Origin: a virus
Virus genome (UHGV): UHGV-0213541
Length of the DNA stretch: 64,000 bases
Direction: 5' to 3' (one strand)
The notes under the pieces were generated by a model. That model saw nothing but the letters and a program-made list of their open reading frames with translations, was not told the origin of the DNA and made no database searches. Made by a program: the position numbers and the translations under genes. Below are positions 10,614 through 20,108 of this stretch, in pieces; position 1 is the first letter of the stretch; every line of letters starts with the position of its first letter.

Positions 10614-10914
10614 CGATCATGAAGTCGATAGGATCGCCGACATTGTAGTTCAGCCCCTCATCGGGGATCTGATAGCCTCTGCCTTCATACTCAAAACCAA
10701 GCGCTCCGGTATGCTCGTTGTGGTACACGACTACACCGCACTTCATTTCGGGCAGTCTCACAACCGGGGCGTTGACCGGTTCAGCATCAAAACTATCGAC
10801 GGCAACAGGCTCAATCTTAGCCTTCTTGCTTTTGCGTTTGGGTACTGCCACAGCAGCAGCCTCAGCCGCCGCGGCCTCAACAAACTTTACTTCGTCCATT
10901 CTTCTCATCTCCAA
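10582..10914 (-). CDS. Hypothetical protein
   Basis: 110-aa ORF in the operon. Confidence 0.55.
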   Translation of the reverse strand: MEMRRMDEVKFVEAAAAEAAAVAVPKRKSKKAKIEPVAVDSFDAEPVNAPVVRLPEMKCGVVVYHNEHTGALGFEYEGRGYQIPDEGLNYNVGDPIDFMIVDGKVILGVV

Positions 10915-10920
10915 ATCTAA

Positions 10921-10951
10921 AAATAAACAAGGGAGCCTTTCAGCTCCCCTG
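10921..10951 (-). terminator. Probable intrinsic terminator after the major tail gene
   Basis: GGGAGC-loop-GCTCCC followed by TTGTTTATTT on the - strand. Confidence 0.5.
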
Positions 10952-10983
10952 CTTATATTCGGGTTTCTTAATCGGTCAAGGAA

Positions 10984-11724
10984 TTACTCCTCGCCGGTGC
11001 CGTCCTCAAAGGTCATCTCGTAGATGTCGCCGTCCTGGTTGGCATAGCAGTCAAAGGTGATGGACACAGTGGTCGGATCGCCAGTGTTCTGGAACGCCAG
11101 GTTGAAGGTAGCCTGCGGCTGTGCCTTGTAGTAGGCCAGATCGCACATGACCTCCTCCTCGTCCTCGGTCTTGAAGGGCATCTCACCGCGGATCTCAAAA
11201 GCCTTCGGGAAGGTGTCAGCGTCGAACTTGATGCTCTGCACGCCCTTGGCCTTCTCCAGGTAGTAGTAAACAACATAGTTCTTGCTCTCGGTAATGCCGG
11301 TAGCAGTAACCTTCTTATCGGCAACATTGGTATCGGAGATCGGGGTGCCGCAATCGTCACCGGCAGCAAAGACCTGAACAGTGCCGGTCTTGGGGGTCTC
11401 GGACAGCGTAATGCCATCGGCAGTACCAGTCAGCTCCTCGCGCTTCAGCACGGTAGCAGTCTTGGCAATGTCCTTACCGGACAGCAGAGCAAACAGCTTG
11501 GCGGGCATGATCTGGGTATCGATCTGCAGCGTGCCGGTACGCTCGCCATCAAAGCCAACGCGATTCGGAGCACCCCAGCCACCCTTAGCATACACACGGT
11601 TTGCAGAGAAGTTGGTGGTAGAAACGTTGGCGAAGTCGATCTTCATGTAAGGAACCTTGGTCTTGTAGTCCAGCAGAACGAGGTTCATAACCTCACGGTT
11701 AGCCATATTAGGATTCATAGCCAT
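10984..11724 (-). CDS. Putative major tail (tube) protein
   Basis: Highly biased codon usage, SD AGGAGG, beta-rich sequence ending ...GDPTTVSITFD; position in the morphogenesis operon. Confidence 0.7.
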   Translation of the reverse strand: MAMNPNMANREVMNLVLLDYKTKVPYMKIDFANVSTTNFSANRVYAKGGWGAPNRVGFDGERTGTLQIDTQIMPAKLFALLSGKDIAKTATVLKREELTGTADGITLSETPKTGTVQVFAAGDDCGTPISDTNVADKKVTATGITESKNYVVYYYLEKAKGVQSIKFDADTFPKAFEIRGEMPFKTEDEEEVMCDLAYYKAQPQATFNLAFQNTGDPTTVSITFDCYANQDGDIYEMTFEDGTGEE

Positions 11725-11762
11725 AGTAGTAGCCTCCTGTTTAATTTGTTTGTTTTTACCCA

Positions 11763-12551
11763 TCACGACATCTTCTTAAACCAGCTGTCTACCTGGTGGT
11801 CCTTCCCACCCCACACGCTGTAGTTAAAATCAGAGATGTCGTTGACTTGTTTGATTCGTTGACGGTTAAAAGTGTCATGCACCTGGTACACCGTCAAATC
11901 CCAGATGTTAGCCATATTCAAACTGTCGTGATACGTTGCCAAAGCCGAAATAATATTCGCAAGCTCATAGTCCGGGTCAGCTTTCTTGCCGCCGCGCTGG
12001 TTTTTTTCGTACTCCGCTTTCTTACGGTAGAACTCTTCAAATTTTTTGCGCGTTCTCTCGTCCTTGTACTTGTGTTCTTTCTTTTCTTTCGGCGGGTCTA
12101 TGTAAGCACACTGCAAACAAACATCACATACCAGTGTCCAGTTTTTGGCGTTTATAACACCATCCACTGTAAAAGCCCCGGCTTCATCCTTTGCCGGATT
12201 AACAAGAAAACACTGGTGCGTTGGCTCATACTCCACTGGCTCTGAAATAAAAAAGCCCAGGGCCGAGATCACATCGGCTCTGGTTCCTTCTTCCAATGTC
12301 AGCAGGGTAAAAATGTCCAACTGGTCAATTTCTTCCGGCGTGATATTTGTCATTTCCTGCCCACCGTGTTTCAGCAGCAATTTCAAGCGCTCCACAAAAT
12401 CCTTTGGCGTCATCAACAACAGCGATAATGCGTATTGGTAGGTGTTATACCCCTTTATGCAGATGTCTCTAAGGCGCGGGGAATGGATACGTCCAACTGT
12501 CTCCACTTGGAACCCGATTGGGTTCAAAAGCTCAAAGTAGGGTACTTTCAT
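11763..12551 (-). CDS. Hypothetical virion morphogenesis protein
   Basis: 262-aa ORF; NIWDLTVYQ..D.F.R motif; synteny. Confidence 0.55.
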   Translation of the reverse strand: MKVPYFELLNPIGFQVETVGRIHSPRLRDICIKGYNTYQYALSLLLMTPKDFVERLKLLLKHGGQEMTNITPEEIDQLDIFTLLTLEEGTRADVISALGFFISEPVEYEPTHQCFLVNPAKDEAGAFTVDGVINAKNWTLVCDVCLQCAYIDPPKEKKEHKYKDERTRKKFEEFYRKKAEYEKNQRGGKKADPDYELANIISALATYHDSLNMANIWDLTVYQVHDTFNRQRIKQVNDISDFNYSVWGGKDHQVDSWFKKMS

Positions 12552-13048
12552 TTGCCATTCCTCCGGTTAAAATCCACAGCCTCATAGCAAATGCAGCGTC
12601 CGTAATATTTGTTGTTTGGTTTGTAAACATCATTACTGACAAGGTTCAGCTTACCAATGCCAAAATCTTTACTTCCGTTCAACAGCCTGTCCACGTCGGC
12701 AGCCAGTATATCCACTCTGGTGCCAACTTTCCCCTCTCGTTTATAGCTCTGCATAATTTTTTTGTGGCAATACGCAAATATGTACAGGTACACCCGGTAT
12801 GCAGTTGTTGTAGGTACTTTTGCAACCACTGTTTCCATACACAGGTATGTATCTGTCGTTTCGTTCGTGTCGTCAACATACTCGTACTCAAAAATATGGC
12901 CGCAAGAGTCCGTGTCGTTGCCTAACAGCATTTCATCGGTATCCGCATCCTCATCCACAGGGCCAAGTAACACGTCGATAATATCGGGATCATTTGCAAA
13001 AACCGACGCTACTTTGTGCTTGTACGCACCAAGTTCGTTCAAATTCAT
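12548..13048 (-). CDS. Putative tail terminator / neck protein
   Basis: Size, RVD.LA..VD.LL motif, synteny. Confidence 0.5.
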   Translation of the reverse strand: MNLNELGAYKHKVASVFANDPDIIDVLLGPVDEDADTDEMLLGNDTDSCGHIFEYEYVDDTNETTDTYLCMETVVAKVPTTTAYRVYLYIFAYCHKKIMQSYKREGKVGTRVDILAADVDRLLNGSKDFGIGKLNLVSNDVYKPNNKYYGRCICYEAVDFNRRNGK

Positions 13049-14058
13049 GCATCCACCACCTTTATTACCACGCTGTCCTGGCTGTTTCCGTCAGGTGCTT
13101 GCACCGTAAGTGTAACCGTGTGCCCATTCAAAGTCTTATCATCAACAGCCGAAACGCGGCAGCTGTCTCCATCCACGCGGTCCCATATCGTCGAATTGGC
13201 AAAATATACCTTTTCATTCAACATGCTCTCGTCGGGCTGAATGGTCCAGACACATCCGGCATAAGGCTTTCCGTCGCGTGTCGCGTGGAACACCTTACCG
13301 CGCCCACAAATGCGCACTTTTGCATCCCCTGTGTATTTGATAGCCACATCGCCCGTGTCAGGTACTTTTTTCGGCTTATCATAGTCACAAAGCATCTTGT
13401 CGCCATTATCTGTGTCTGGGTTATACTGGTCTTGTTCAAGGTTCAGTACCAAGAAACCAGTCTGCTGGTTGTCGCGGTCATAGCGCTCTGTCATACCATC
13501 AACACAGGTAATACGGTATGTCTTTGGCTGACCGTTGATTTCTTCCAGCATAAGCCGCTTATCTACGTCCAAAAGTGCAGATTCCTCATCGTAGGGTATC
13601 TTCACCTGGAACTCACGGCTGGAAAGTGTCATCAGCTTATTCTCTGACAAGTTCGAGAAATACGGCTTATCCACAACGGCCCAGCGGGTCACGATCTCGC
13701 CGGTCTCTATGTCCTGCCACTGAATACTGCGGTTACACAGTTCAATTTTGCCGCGCACCGTAATCTCATCATCAGCATCACGCTCCGTAATCAGCCAATG
13801 GCTCTTACTCCACAGCATAATGTGCCCGATCTCAAAATCATCACCCGGCATGGTCCTAATGACCTTCTGGTTCGTTACCGTGCTGGAGATAATCTCCATA
13901 TGGTGCTTGATTCCGTCGATCTCGACCTCTTTGTATGCTGGCGAGTCTGGCCCCATTTTGAGCGTGTCGTGCTTTGATTTTTGAATAATACGATCACGGC
14001 GGCTCGTACCGGGTCTGCCTAACATGGCGGCATACATGTCATATTTCATGTGTACCAC
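13045..14058 (-). CDS. Putative head-closure protein with C-terminal Ig-like domain
   Basis: G.....W....WLIT...GKIELCN..I.W pattern; beta-rich C-terminus; synteny. Confidence 0.5.
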   Translation of the reverse strand: MVHMKYDMYAAMLGRPGTSRRDRIIQKSKHDTLKMGPDSPAYKEVEIDGIKHHMEIISSTVTNQKVIRTMPGDDFEIGHIMLWSKSHWLITERDADDEITVRGKIELCNRSIQWQDIETGEIVTRWAVVDKPYFSNLSENKLMTLSSREFQVKIPYDEESALLDVDKRLMLEEINGQPKTYRITCVDGMTERYDRDNQQTGFLVLNLEQDQYNPDTDNGDKMLCDYDKPKKVPDTGDVAIKYTGDAKVRICGRGKVFHATRDGKPYAGCVWTIQPDESMLNEKVYFANSTIWDRVDGDSCRVSAVDDKTLNGHTVTLTVQAPDGNSQDSVVIKVVDA

Positions 14059-14059
14059 C

Positions 14060-14494
14060 TCACTGTGTCAGTCCGGCAATCTCACCGTTTCTAAAGGAAT
14101 ACAAGTTGATCTCGCCGCGCAGGCGGTGCTCCGTCGTAGTCATCAAATCTGTCATTTTCTCCAGCAGGTTCGCCGGGCTGTATAAGCTGAAATCTTTGGT
14201 GTTTAAAGCATTCTGCAAGGCATCCGTGTTATACACAAACGGTTCCACGAAATGAAGTACCATTCCCAGCGCCAAAATATCTTTCTCACGATTGGTCAGC
14301 GCGATATTAAACGCCAGGATATCGTCTTCCCTATCCGTTAAGTCCTGCTTGCAAATTTCCTCAAAATCGCCAATCGCCAGCGTCAGCAAATCTTTCTGGT
14401 ATTCCAACCGTGTGATTGCGTCAAAGTCCAAGAATTCGTAGTTGCGAACCCGGGCACGATAACGCTCAAAAATTTCCTCGTATTTGGTGCCCAT
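14060..14494 (-). CDS. Putative head-tail adaptor
   Basis: Helical 144-aa protein with KDFSLYSPANLL motif, downstream of the capsid gene. Confidence 0.55.
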   Translation of the reverse strand: MGTKYEEIFERYRARVRNYEFLDFDAITRLEYQKDLLTLAIGDFEEICKQDLTDREDDILAFNIALTNREKDILALGMVLHFVEPFVYNTDALQNALNTKDFSLYSPANLLEKMTDLMTTTEHRLRGEINLYSFRNGEIAGLTQ

Positions 14495-14508
14495 AGGTCA
14501 CACCTCCG

Positions 14509-15039
14509 TTACTTGATCGTTTCGACTACAACAGATGCTTTCTTCACAGGCTTCTTGGTATCCAGCTGCAGCTCTTCCTCCAGGTCGCAATGCAGGACTT
14601 CGTTCAGCGCCTTGATCACGCTGCGGCTGTCCAGCCCGTCCGCCTTCATAAGCTCTTTGGCACGCATACGGATAGAATCATGCATGCCCTCGCTCATCTT
14701 CGGCACGTCGCTGCGAATCTTGTCAGCGCTCCAATGGAACACCTCATCAAAATTCTCCGTTGTCAGCGCATTGCGGTAATACTGGCTCACACCAAGCTGC
14801 TTCAGCACCTCAGCATCTTCGATCAGGATCCAGTTATCCCGGAAAAAACGCGGCTGAGAGCCACGCATGGCAACCAGTTCGCCATATTCGATCTCCTGAA
14901 TGTCACCAAAATCCTCCCACTCCACCGTATAACCGGCAGTGCGGCTGGAGATATAGATCAGCGGACCATGTACACCGTTTTTGCATTCAACAATCGTATT
15001 GCTGGTAATTTTCTTAACTGCCAAAATAGTACCCTCCAA
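14509..15039 (-). CDS. Hypothetical protein between capsid and adaptor
   Basis: 176-aa ORF; synteny. Confidence 0.6.
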   Translation of the reverse strand: MEGTILAVKKITSNTIVECKNGVHGPLIYISSRTAGYTVEWEDFGDIQEIEYGELVAMRGSQPRFFRDNWILIEDAEVLKQLGVSQYYRNALTTENFDEVFHWSADKIRSDVPKMSEGMHDSIRMRAKELMKADGLDSRSVIKALNEVLHCDLEEELQLDTKKPVKKASVVVETIK

Positions 15040-15051
15040 ACATAATCAAAT

Positions 15052-15081
15052 AAAAAAGCCCGGTCAGTCACCCAACCGGGG
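15052..15081 (-). terminator. Intrinsic terminator after the major capsid gene
   Basis: CCCGGTTGG-loop-CTGACCGGGC followed by TTTTTT. Confidence 0.7.
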
Positions 15082-15102
15082 TATTATAGTAAGTTGTCAA
15101 TA

Positions 15103-16104
15103 TCAGACGTTAGAGAATTTGTAAGCGCCATAGTCGCGATCCATGATAACGCCGATGCCGGTACGCTTCAGCATCAGGAATTCCTGGCTCATATCCTGGT
15201 TACCCATCAGGTCGCCCTGCAGCATGGTGACAGAACCCTCGGTGACGCGCTTGATGGGCTTCGTGCCACCAGCAACAACGTACAGCGTGTCGTCAGGCAG
15301 GATAAACTTGGTGCCGCCGATCTCATGGCGCTGCTTCATAGCGATCAGGGGAACACCGGCCAGCTTGCCAGCATAGCCCATAGAATAGATGCTTTCCTTG
15401 CGGGAGTCAGAGCCGTCAATATCAGGGATCTTGCGCAGAGCCTTACGGGTGCCAATGATGGTGGCAGACTCACCGGTAGATGCCTCAACATGCTCGACCA
15501 GATCCAGCAGCTTGTCAGCATCCAGAGTACCGGTCTGCATATAAGGAGCCTGCAGACCGTTGATCATGCCACCAAAAGCAGCATAAGCGGAATCCAGGTC
15601 GTAACGGGTAAAGGCGGTAGAAGCAGCCTTGATCAGGTCGTTGAAATCAACACGGCCAGCCAGCACACGGTTCAGCTCCTCGTAAACCTTGATGGCGCGG
15701 AGCTGGGTGTTGATGGTGATGTCCTGACCGGACTCGAAGCGCTGACGGCGGATGCCCTGCGTACCCTCGGCAACGTCGGCAACAGTCAGCAGAACGTCCT
15801 TCTTGGTGTGGAAAATATTGGTGTCGCCCAGCGCCAGATTGCGATCCTCGATGAACTGGGTGAAGAACTCGTCGCCCTTCAGACCTTCCTCACTGATCTT
15901 CTCAATGGCAACCTCGATGATGCTGAACAGGCCGTTGCACTTACCATCACGGATGGCTTTCAGATCAACAGTGGTCTTGCCGCCATTGGCCTCGATCAGG
16001 GCCTCGCGCAGAACTTTCTGACTGTCAGCGACGCTGTACTCCTTGCCCAGTCGGCCAAAGTAGCTATCGACTGCAAGGTTAATAAGCTTGTTATCAATTT
16101 CCAT
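15103..16104 (-). CDS. Major capsid protein (SPbeta-like)
   Basis: 333 aa from MEIDNK; strong codon bias; follows the scaffold and decoration genes; terminator downstream. Confidence 0.75.
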   Translation of the reverse strand: MEIDNKLINLAVDSYFGRLGKEYSVADSQKVLREALIEANGGKTTVDLKAIRDGKCNGLFSIIEVAIEKISEEGLKGDEFFTQFIEDRNLALGDTNIFHTKKDVLLTVADVAEGTQGIRRQRFESGQDITINTQLRAIKVYEELNRVLAGRVDFNDLIKAASTAFTRYDLDSAYAAFGGMINGLQAPYMQTGTLDADKLLDLVEHVEASTGESATIIGTRKALRKIPDIDGSDSRKESIYSMGYAGKLAGVPLIAMKQRHEIGGTKFILPDDTLYVVAGGTKPIKRVTEGSVTMLQGDLMGNQDMSQEFLMLKRTGIGVIMDRDYGAYKFSNV

Positions 16105-16188
16105 GGTAAACCTCCCAAATAGAAAAACACCACCCGTTCCCAGGCGGTGCAATTATCTCAAATGTAATTAGTTATATCTAACCCTGCA

Positions 16189-16701
16189 TTACAGCGAAAC
16201 GCGGATCTCGAAATACTCGTAAGCGCCATCGCCCCAGCCGGTCTTCTCAACACTCTCGATCTTGCCAAAGGTCTTGTCGTCGGCAGCAGCTTGGACAGCA
16301 ATCTTGGTAGAATCAGCAGCAAAGCCAACATACTTGCCCTTCGCAGGCTCGCCGTCAAAAGCTTCCTTGGTAGCGCTGAAATCGTCGCCGTTATGCAGCA
16401 CATAGCCGCGGCAGGGAGAACCAGCCTCATTGACCCACTCAGTCAGATAGTGGGTACGGGTCTCATCATAGAACAGCTCCTCGCTGGCAATCAGAACCAG
16501 ATCCTTGGGCTTGGACTCAGCGGTAGGCGCAGTGGCCTTATAGATCTCACGACCCTCACGCTCACCAAGAACAACCAGCTGTGCATTATCGATCGCAACG
16601 GCTGCATCGCTCTTATAAACCTTGACACTCTTCAGCAGAGAGCCATCCTTCGTGCCGGACATATTATCCAGACGCACAACAGCATGCTTTTCAATAGCCA
16701 T
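16189..16701 (-). CDS. Putative capsid decoration protein
   Basis: 170 aa, strong codon bias, lies between scaffold and capsid. Confidence 0.55.
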   Translation of the reverse strand: MAIEKHAVVRLDNMSGTKDGSLLKSVKVYKSDAAVAIDNAQLVVLGEREGREIYKATAPTAESKPKDLVLIASEELFYDETRTHYLTEWVNEAGSPCRGYVLHNGDDFSATKEAFDGEPAKGKYVGFAADSTKIAVQAAADDKTFGKIESVEKTGWGDGAYEYFEIRVSL

Positions 16702-16727
16702 AGTAAAAATCCTCCATTTATCGTAAT

Positions 16728-18326
16728 TTATCGAACGGAATAGCGTTCAAACAGGTCACCGTATCTGCCCTCGCCGGACTGCATCTGGACCCCGTCCACG
16801 CCAAAGCGTGCTTTTTCGATCTCGCCCTTCTTCTCTTTGGGCGCGACATAACTGAACTCGGCAGAAGTCTTTTTACCCAGCAGCTTATAGCATTCATCCT
16901 GCAGGACGGTGAACTCCATGTCCTCGTTCTCCTTCAGCGCGGCATAGTCTGCCACACCATTCAGCTGCTTGTCCATGATCGCAAACAGCTTCTCGCGCTT
17001 CTCAGCATCCTCGGCCTTCTTAGCCTCAGCCTCGGCAGCAACATAAGCATCAAATTTCGGCTGCATCTCGTCAAACTGAGCTTTGACCTCGGTGTACTGA
17101 TCCGCGTTCTTCTTTGCCTCTTCCTTAGCGGCATCGACTTTTTCGCACAGTGCCTCATACAGAACAGGCAGATCGGATTCCGCAGAACCTTCCTCCCAGT
17201 CCTCGTACACGACCTTCACGCGCTTCTTGCCCTCAAAGTCAACCTTGACATTGTCTCCTTCCATAGCAAACGGCAGTGCGTAGGTTTTCCAGTCCTGCGT
17301 ATCAATCACGATCGCACGATTCTCCTGCACGTCCTGCAGCCAGTAGCGTCTGCACTCATCGCCCCAGCGGTCAATGTACTTCTCGCCGGAAACAGCGTCG
17401 CTAATTTCCTGCATGCGCTGGTTGTCCGTCAGGGTATACTGTTCCGCAGGCTCATCGGCAGGTTTTGCAGCGGATTCCGCCTCAGACTGAATTGCCATAG
17501 CAGCCATCTCCTTGCACTTGGCTTCCAGCTCCTCTTCGCTCACTTCCTCCAAAGAGAAATCCAGCGTAGAAGCGTCGATGCCGTAGGATGCAAGAATTTC
17601 ATTTTTCTTCTCCAAAACATCTTCTCCTTTCGCAAAATTATCTATCTCAGCCTCCTTGGAGGATTGAGAACTCTGTAATGCTGTGTATTCATCCAACATG
17701 TCTTTGATCTGGCTTGCGGTCGTAGCGGCACTGAAATTTGCCACTACATCACTGCCAACCATGGCCGGTTTGATGCGCGGGTTGGTCGTGGAAAGAATGC
17801 AGCAGCCGTCAAAGGTGAAATCGCTGACCACGTAATATCCTCTGTCATCCACTTCTCCGCGCAGGTTGGTGATCTCCATACTTTGCGCTTTAACTCCATC
17901 GCGCTCAAAAATTTCACAGGAATCGTCGAATTTGGTCCACAGCAGACCATCTACACGCAGGTAATCCCGCATGTTTCCTGTTCCGTCATCCCGGTTCACC
18001 CACCGGGGATTGCAGCTCTCCGGTATCACACCGTAGGCGCTGCCCGCATATACGTATTCGATCCCATCGTCATCAACTTTCAGCTCATGCTCGTGTCCCT
18101 TAAAATCCAGGTCACCGGCTTTGCTTTTTTCAATGTAGCCAAGGATCGGCGTGTTTTTGATACTCTCCAGCTCGCTGTCCACCACCTCTTTTGAGAAAGT
18201 GGAACCGTTCAGGTTGTCGCCGGTATGCAGCACATCTATCGTCACGTTGATAAATCTTGTGTCTTTACCGTCGATTTCCCCTGTTTTCTCAAAGGTGACA
18301 GGCAGGCGATTCAATCGGTTTCCCAT
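16728..18326 (-). CDS. Prohead protease / scaffold fusion
   Basis: N-terminal HTGDNLNGS...PILGYI...QSMEI...FDGCCIL...PAM domain; acidic coiled-coil C-terminus. Confidence 0.75.
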   Translation of the reverse strand: MGNRLNRLPVTFEKTGEIDGKDTRFINVTIDVLHTGDNLNGSTFSKEVVDSELESIKNTPILGYIEKSKAGDLDFKGHEHELKVDDDGIEYVYAGSAYGVIPESCNPRWVNRDDGTGNMRDYLRVDGLLWTKFDDSCEIFERDGVKAQSMEITNLRGEVDDRGYYVVSDFTFDGCCILSTTNPRIKPAMVGSDVVANFSAATTASQIKDMLDEYTALQSSQSSKEAEIDNFAKGEDVLEKKNEILASYGIDASTLDFSLEEVSEEELEAKCKEMAAMAIQSEAESAAKPADEPAEQYTLTDNQRMQEISDAVSGEKYIDRWGDECRRYWLQDVQENRAIVIDTQDWKTYALPFAMEGDNVKVDFEGKKRVKVVYEDWEEGSAESDLPVLYEALCEKVDAAKEEAKKNADQYTEVKAQFDEMQPKFDAYVAAEAEAKKAEDAEKREKLFAIMDKQLNGVADYAALKENEDMEFTVLQDECYKLLGKKTSAEFSYVAPKEKKGEIEKARFGVDGVQMQSGEGRYGDLFERYSVR

Positions 18327-18377
18327 CTCGCTCACCCCGCAAATTAAAAGAGCCACCGGCAGGAACCCCGCCAGTGG

Positions 18378-18560
18378 TCAATAGTAGTTTCGTTTCTGTT
18401 TGTTGCTTACATATTCTTGCAGCTCTTTGATCTGGTCATCGTCCAAGGCATATACATATATAATGTGTCCGCCATGGTCCTTCTCTTTACGCAAAAGAGT
18501 CACGCCCATCATGCTCAGATGAACAGCCAGCTCGCGCCCTCGGATCTTAACCTCTTTCAT
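18378..18560 (-). CDS. Small DUF5659-like protein
   Basis: LA..L...G..L pattern; 60 aa. Confidence 0.45.
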   Translation of the reverse strand: MKEVKIRGRELAVHLSMMGVTLLRKEKDHGGHIIYVYALDDDQIKELQEYVSNKQKRNYY

Positions 18561-18563
18561 GGC

Positions 18564-20108
18564 TTATCGCCCCTCAGAGTTTGCATTGCTGTCATTTTCC
18601 TGTGTAACAGCCCCCGCGTCGCTCAGGTCTTTTCCCTTGCTTGCATTGGTAGGCCGCCCACCATCATCCGTCGCGGCGTCACTGTCCGCGCTCTGGGTGT
18701 TGGAGCTGGTCAGCGGAACTTCCAGTTCTTTCAAACCCAGGACCTCATTTTCCAGATACAACATGTTCTCCATGTCGCTCGGGCTGTAACCAGCTGTCGC
18801 CATAATAGCACTGCGCACAGGCAGACCATACTGACCGTCCTTTACATACTGGTCATGCATCTCCTGCCGGTTAAAATATGTAACATCCAAAATATTCACT
18901 TTGAACTTATATGCCGTCGAAACACTCTTTAATTTGCGGTTGATCCAGCGCTCAATTTGGCGCATCACCGTAAATACAATCATCTGGTCGTTGATAGTTG
19001 ACCATTTGACAGATGTAGCCGAGTCTTTATCACCGCCGCCAAACAAAATACTGTTGACACCGGCCTGTGTCCACATGGACGCCTCAGCCTTTTCTACATC
19101 ATCGCTGCCACTCACAGCGCCGCTCTTTTCAAAATTCCAGCTGGAAACCTTCATGGGTGACATAAACGCACCAATGTTTTCCGGCAGAACATTACACAGC
19201 ATGTCGTAGAAGTCCCTGCACAGGTCATAATCGATCAGGAATGTGCCATCATCGCCGGTTGGTATCTCCAAAGCCAGAGCCTTGTAATTGTTGACCTCGC
19301 TTGCATTTTTGCTGATAGCGCGGTAGTCCTCAATATCTGCCAATGCGCTGAACAGGCTTACAAACGGCGGAATCGGAATATGCGTCTGCTCGTTAATTTT
19401 GATACAAACGGTGTTGTCGCTGCTCAATTCCTGCCATTTCAAGTTGGAATCTTTTGCGTATGCATTGTACATCGTCGTGAATTCCGGCGGGAAATTCGGC
19501 AGCCGTTCACTGTTCGCATCAAAATAACTAAAGTTAAAAGCAAAATTATACACGCCGTCCTCAACGCTGGAAATCTTGCAGTAGTCCGGGTCCAGCTGCT
19601 GGAATGTATAGCTGTCATTCGTTTCCCACGCATAACCGTAGTACACATCATCACGGAATGCCACCGTCAGCGCTCGCGTAAACTCGTGCCGGATATTCAT
19701 TTTTTCCAGCTGATTGATGACTGCATAGTACCCCTTCTTGAACTTGTTCAGGTTCACGCTCTTGGTTCTGTCAATGCCATACGGCACCACAATATAGCTG
19801 AACGTGGACATACTCGCAAAATACTGGATCAGTCTGCGGTAATAGTTCGATATATTATAAAGGTACTGGCTCATCTGGCGCAGCTGTGTCTCGTAGTTCG
19901 CCGGGTTGCCAAGATAGGTCACGATCTGGGATTTTGTGTACTTACGGTACGTAGGTGCGTAGTCCTTATTGTTTTCAAGGTCTCGGACTTTGATTTGTGA
20001 AATATTTGCATAGCGGAGCTTGTCCATAAACTCCGTCATAGATACATAGTCGCGCTTGCCATCCGGGGTCATCACGGCCACTTTTTTCTGCGTTGAATCA
20101 ATAGTCAA
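18564..20108 (-). CDS. Portal protein
   Basis: 514 aa directly after the terminase; LDPDYCKI and C-terminal PLTSSNTQS...GGRP motifs. Confidence 0.8.
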   Translation of the reverse strand: MTIDSTQKKVAVMTPDGKRDYVSMTEFMDKLRYANISQIKVRDLENNKDYAPTYRKYTKSQIVTYLGNPANYETQLRQMSQYLYNISNYYRRLIQYFASMSTFSYIVVPYGIDRTKSVNLNKFKKGYYAVINQLEKMNIRHEFTRALTVAFRDDVYYGYAWETNDSYTFQQLDPDYCKISSVEDGVYNFAFNFSYFDANSERLPNFPPEFTTMYNAYAKDSNLKWQELSSDNTVCIKINEQTHIPIPPFVSLFSALADIEDYRAISKNASEVNNYKALALEIPTGDDGTFLIDYDLCRDFYDMLCNVLPENIGAFMSPMKVSSWNFEKSGAVSGSDDVEKAEASMWTQAGVNSILFGGGDKDSATSVKWSTINDQMIVFTVMRQIERWINRKLKSVSTAYKFKVNILDVTYFNRQEMHDQYVKDGQYGLPVRSAIMATAGYSPSDMENMLYLENEVLGLKELEVPLTSSNTQSADSDAATDDGGRPTNASKGKDLSDAGAVTQENDSNANSEGR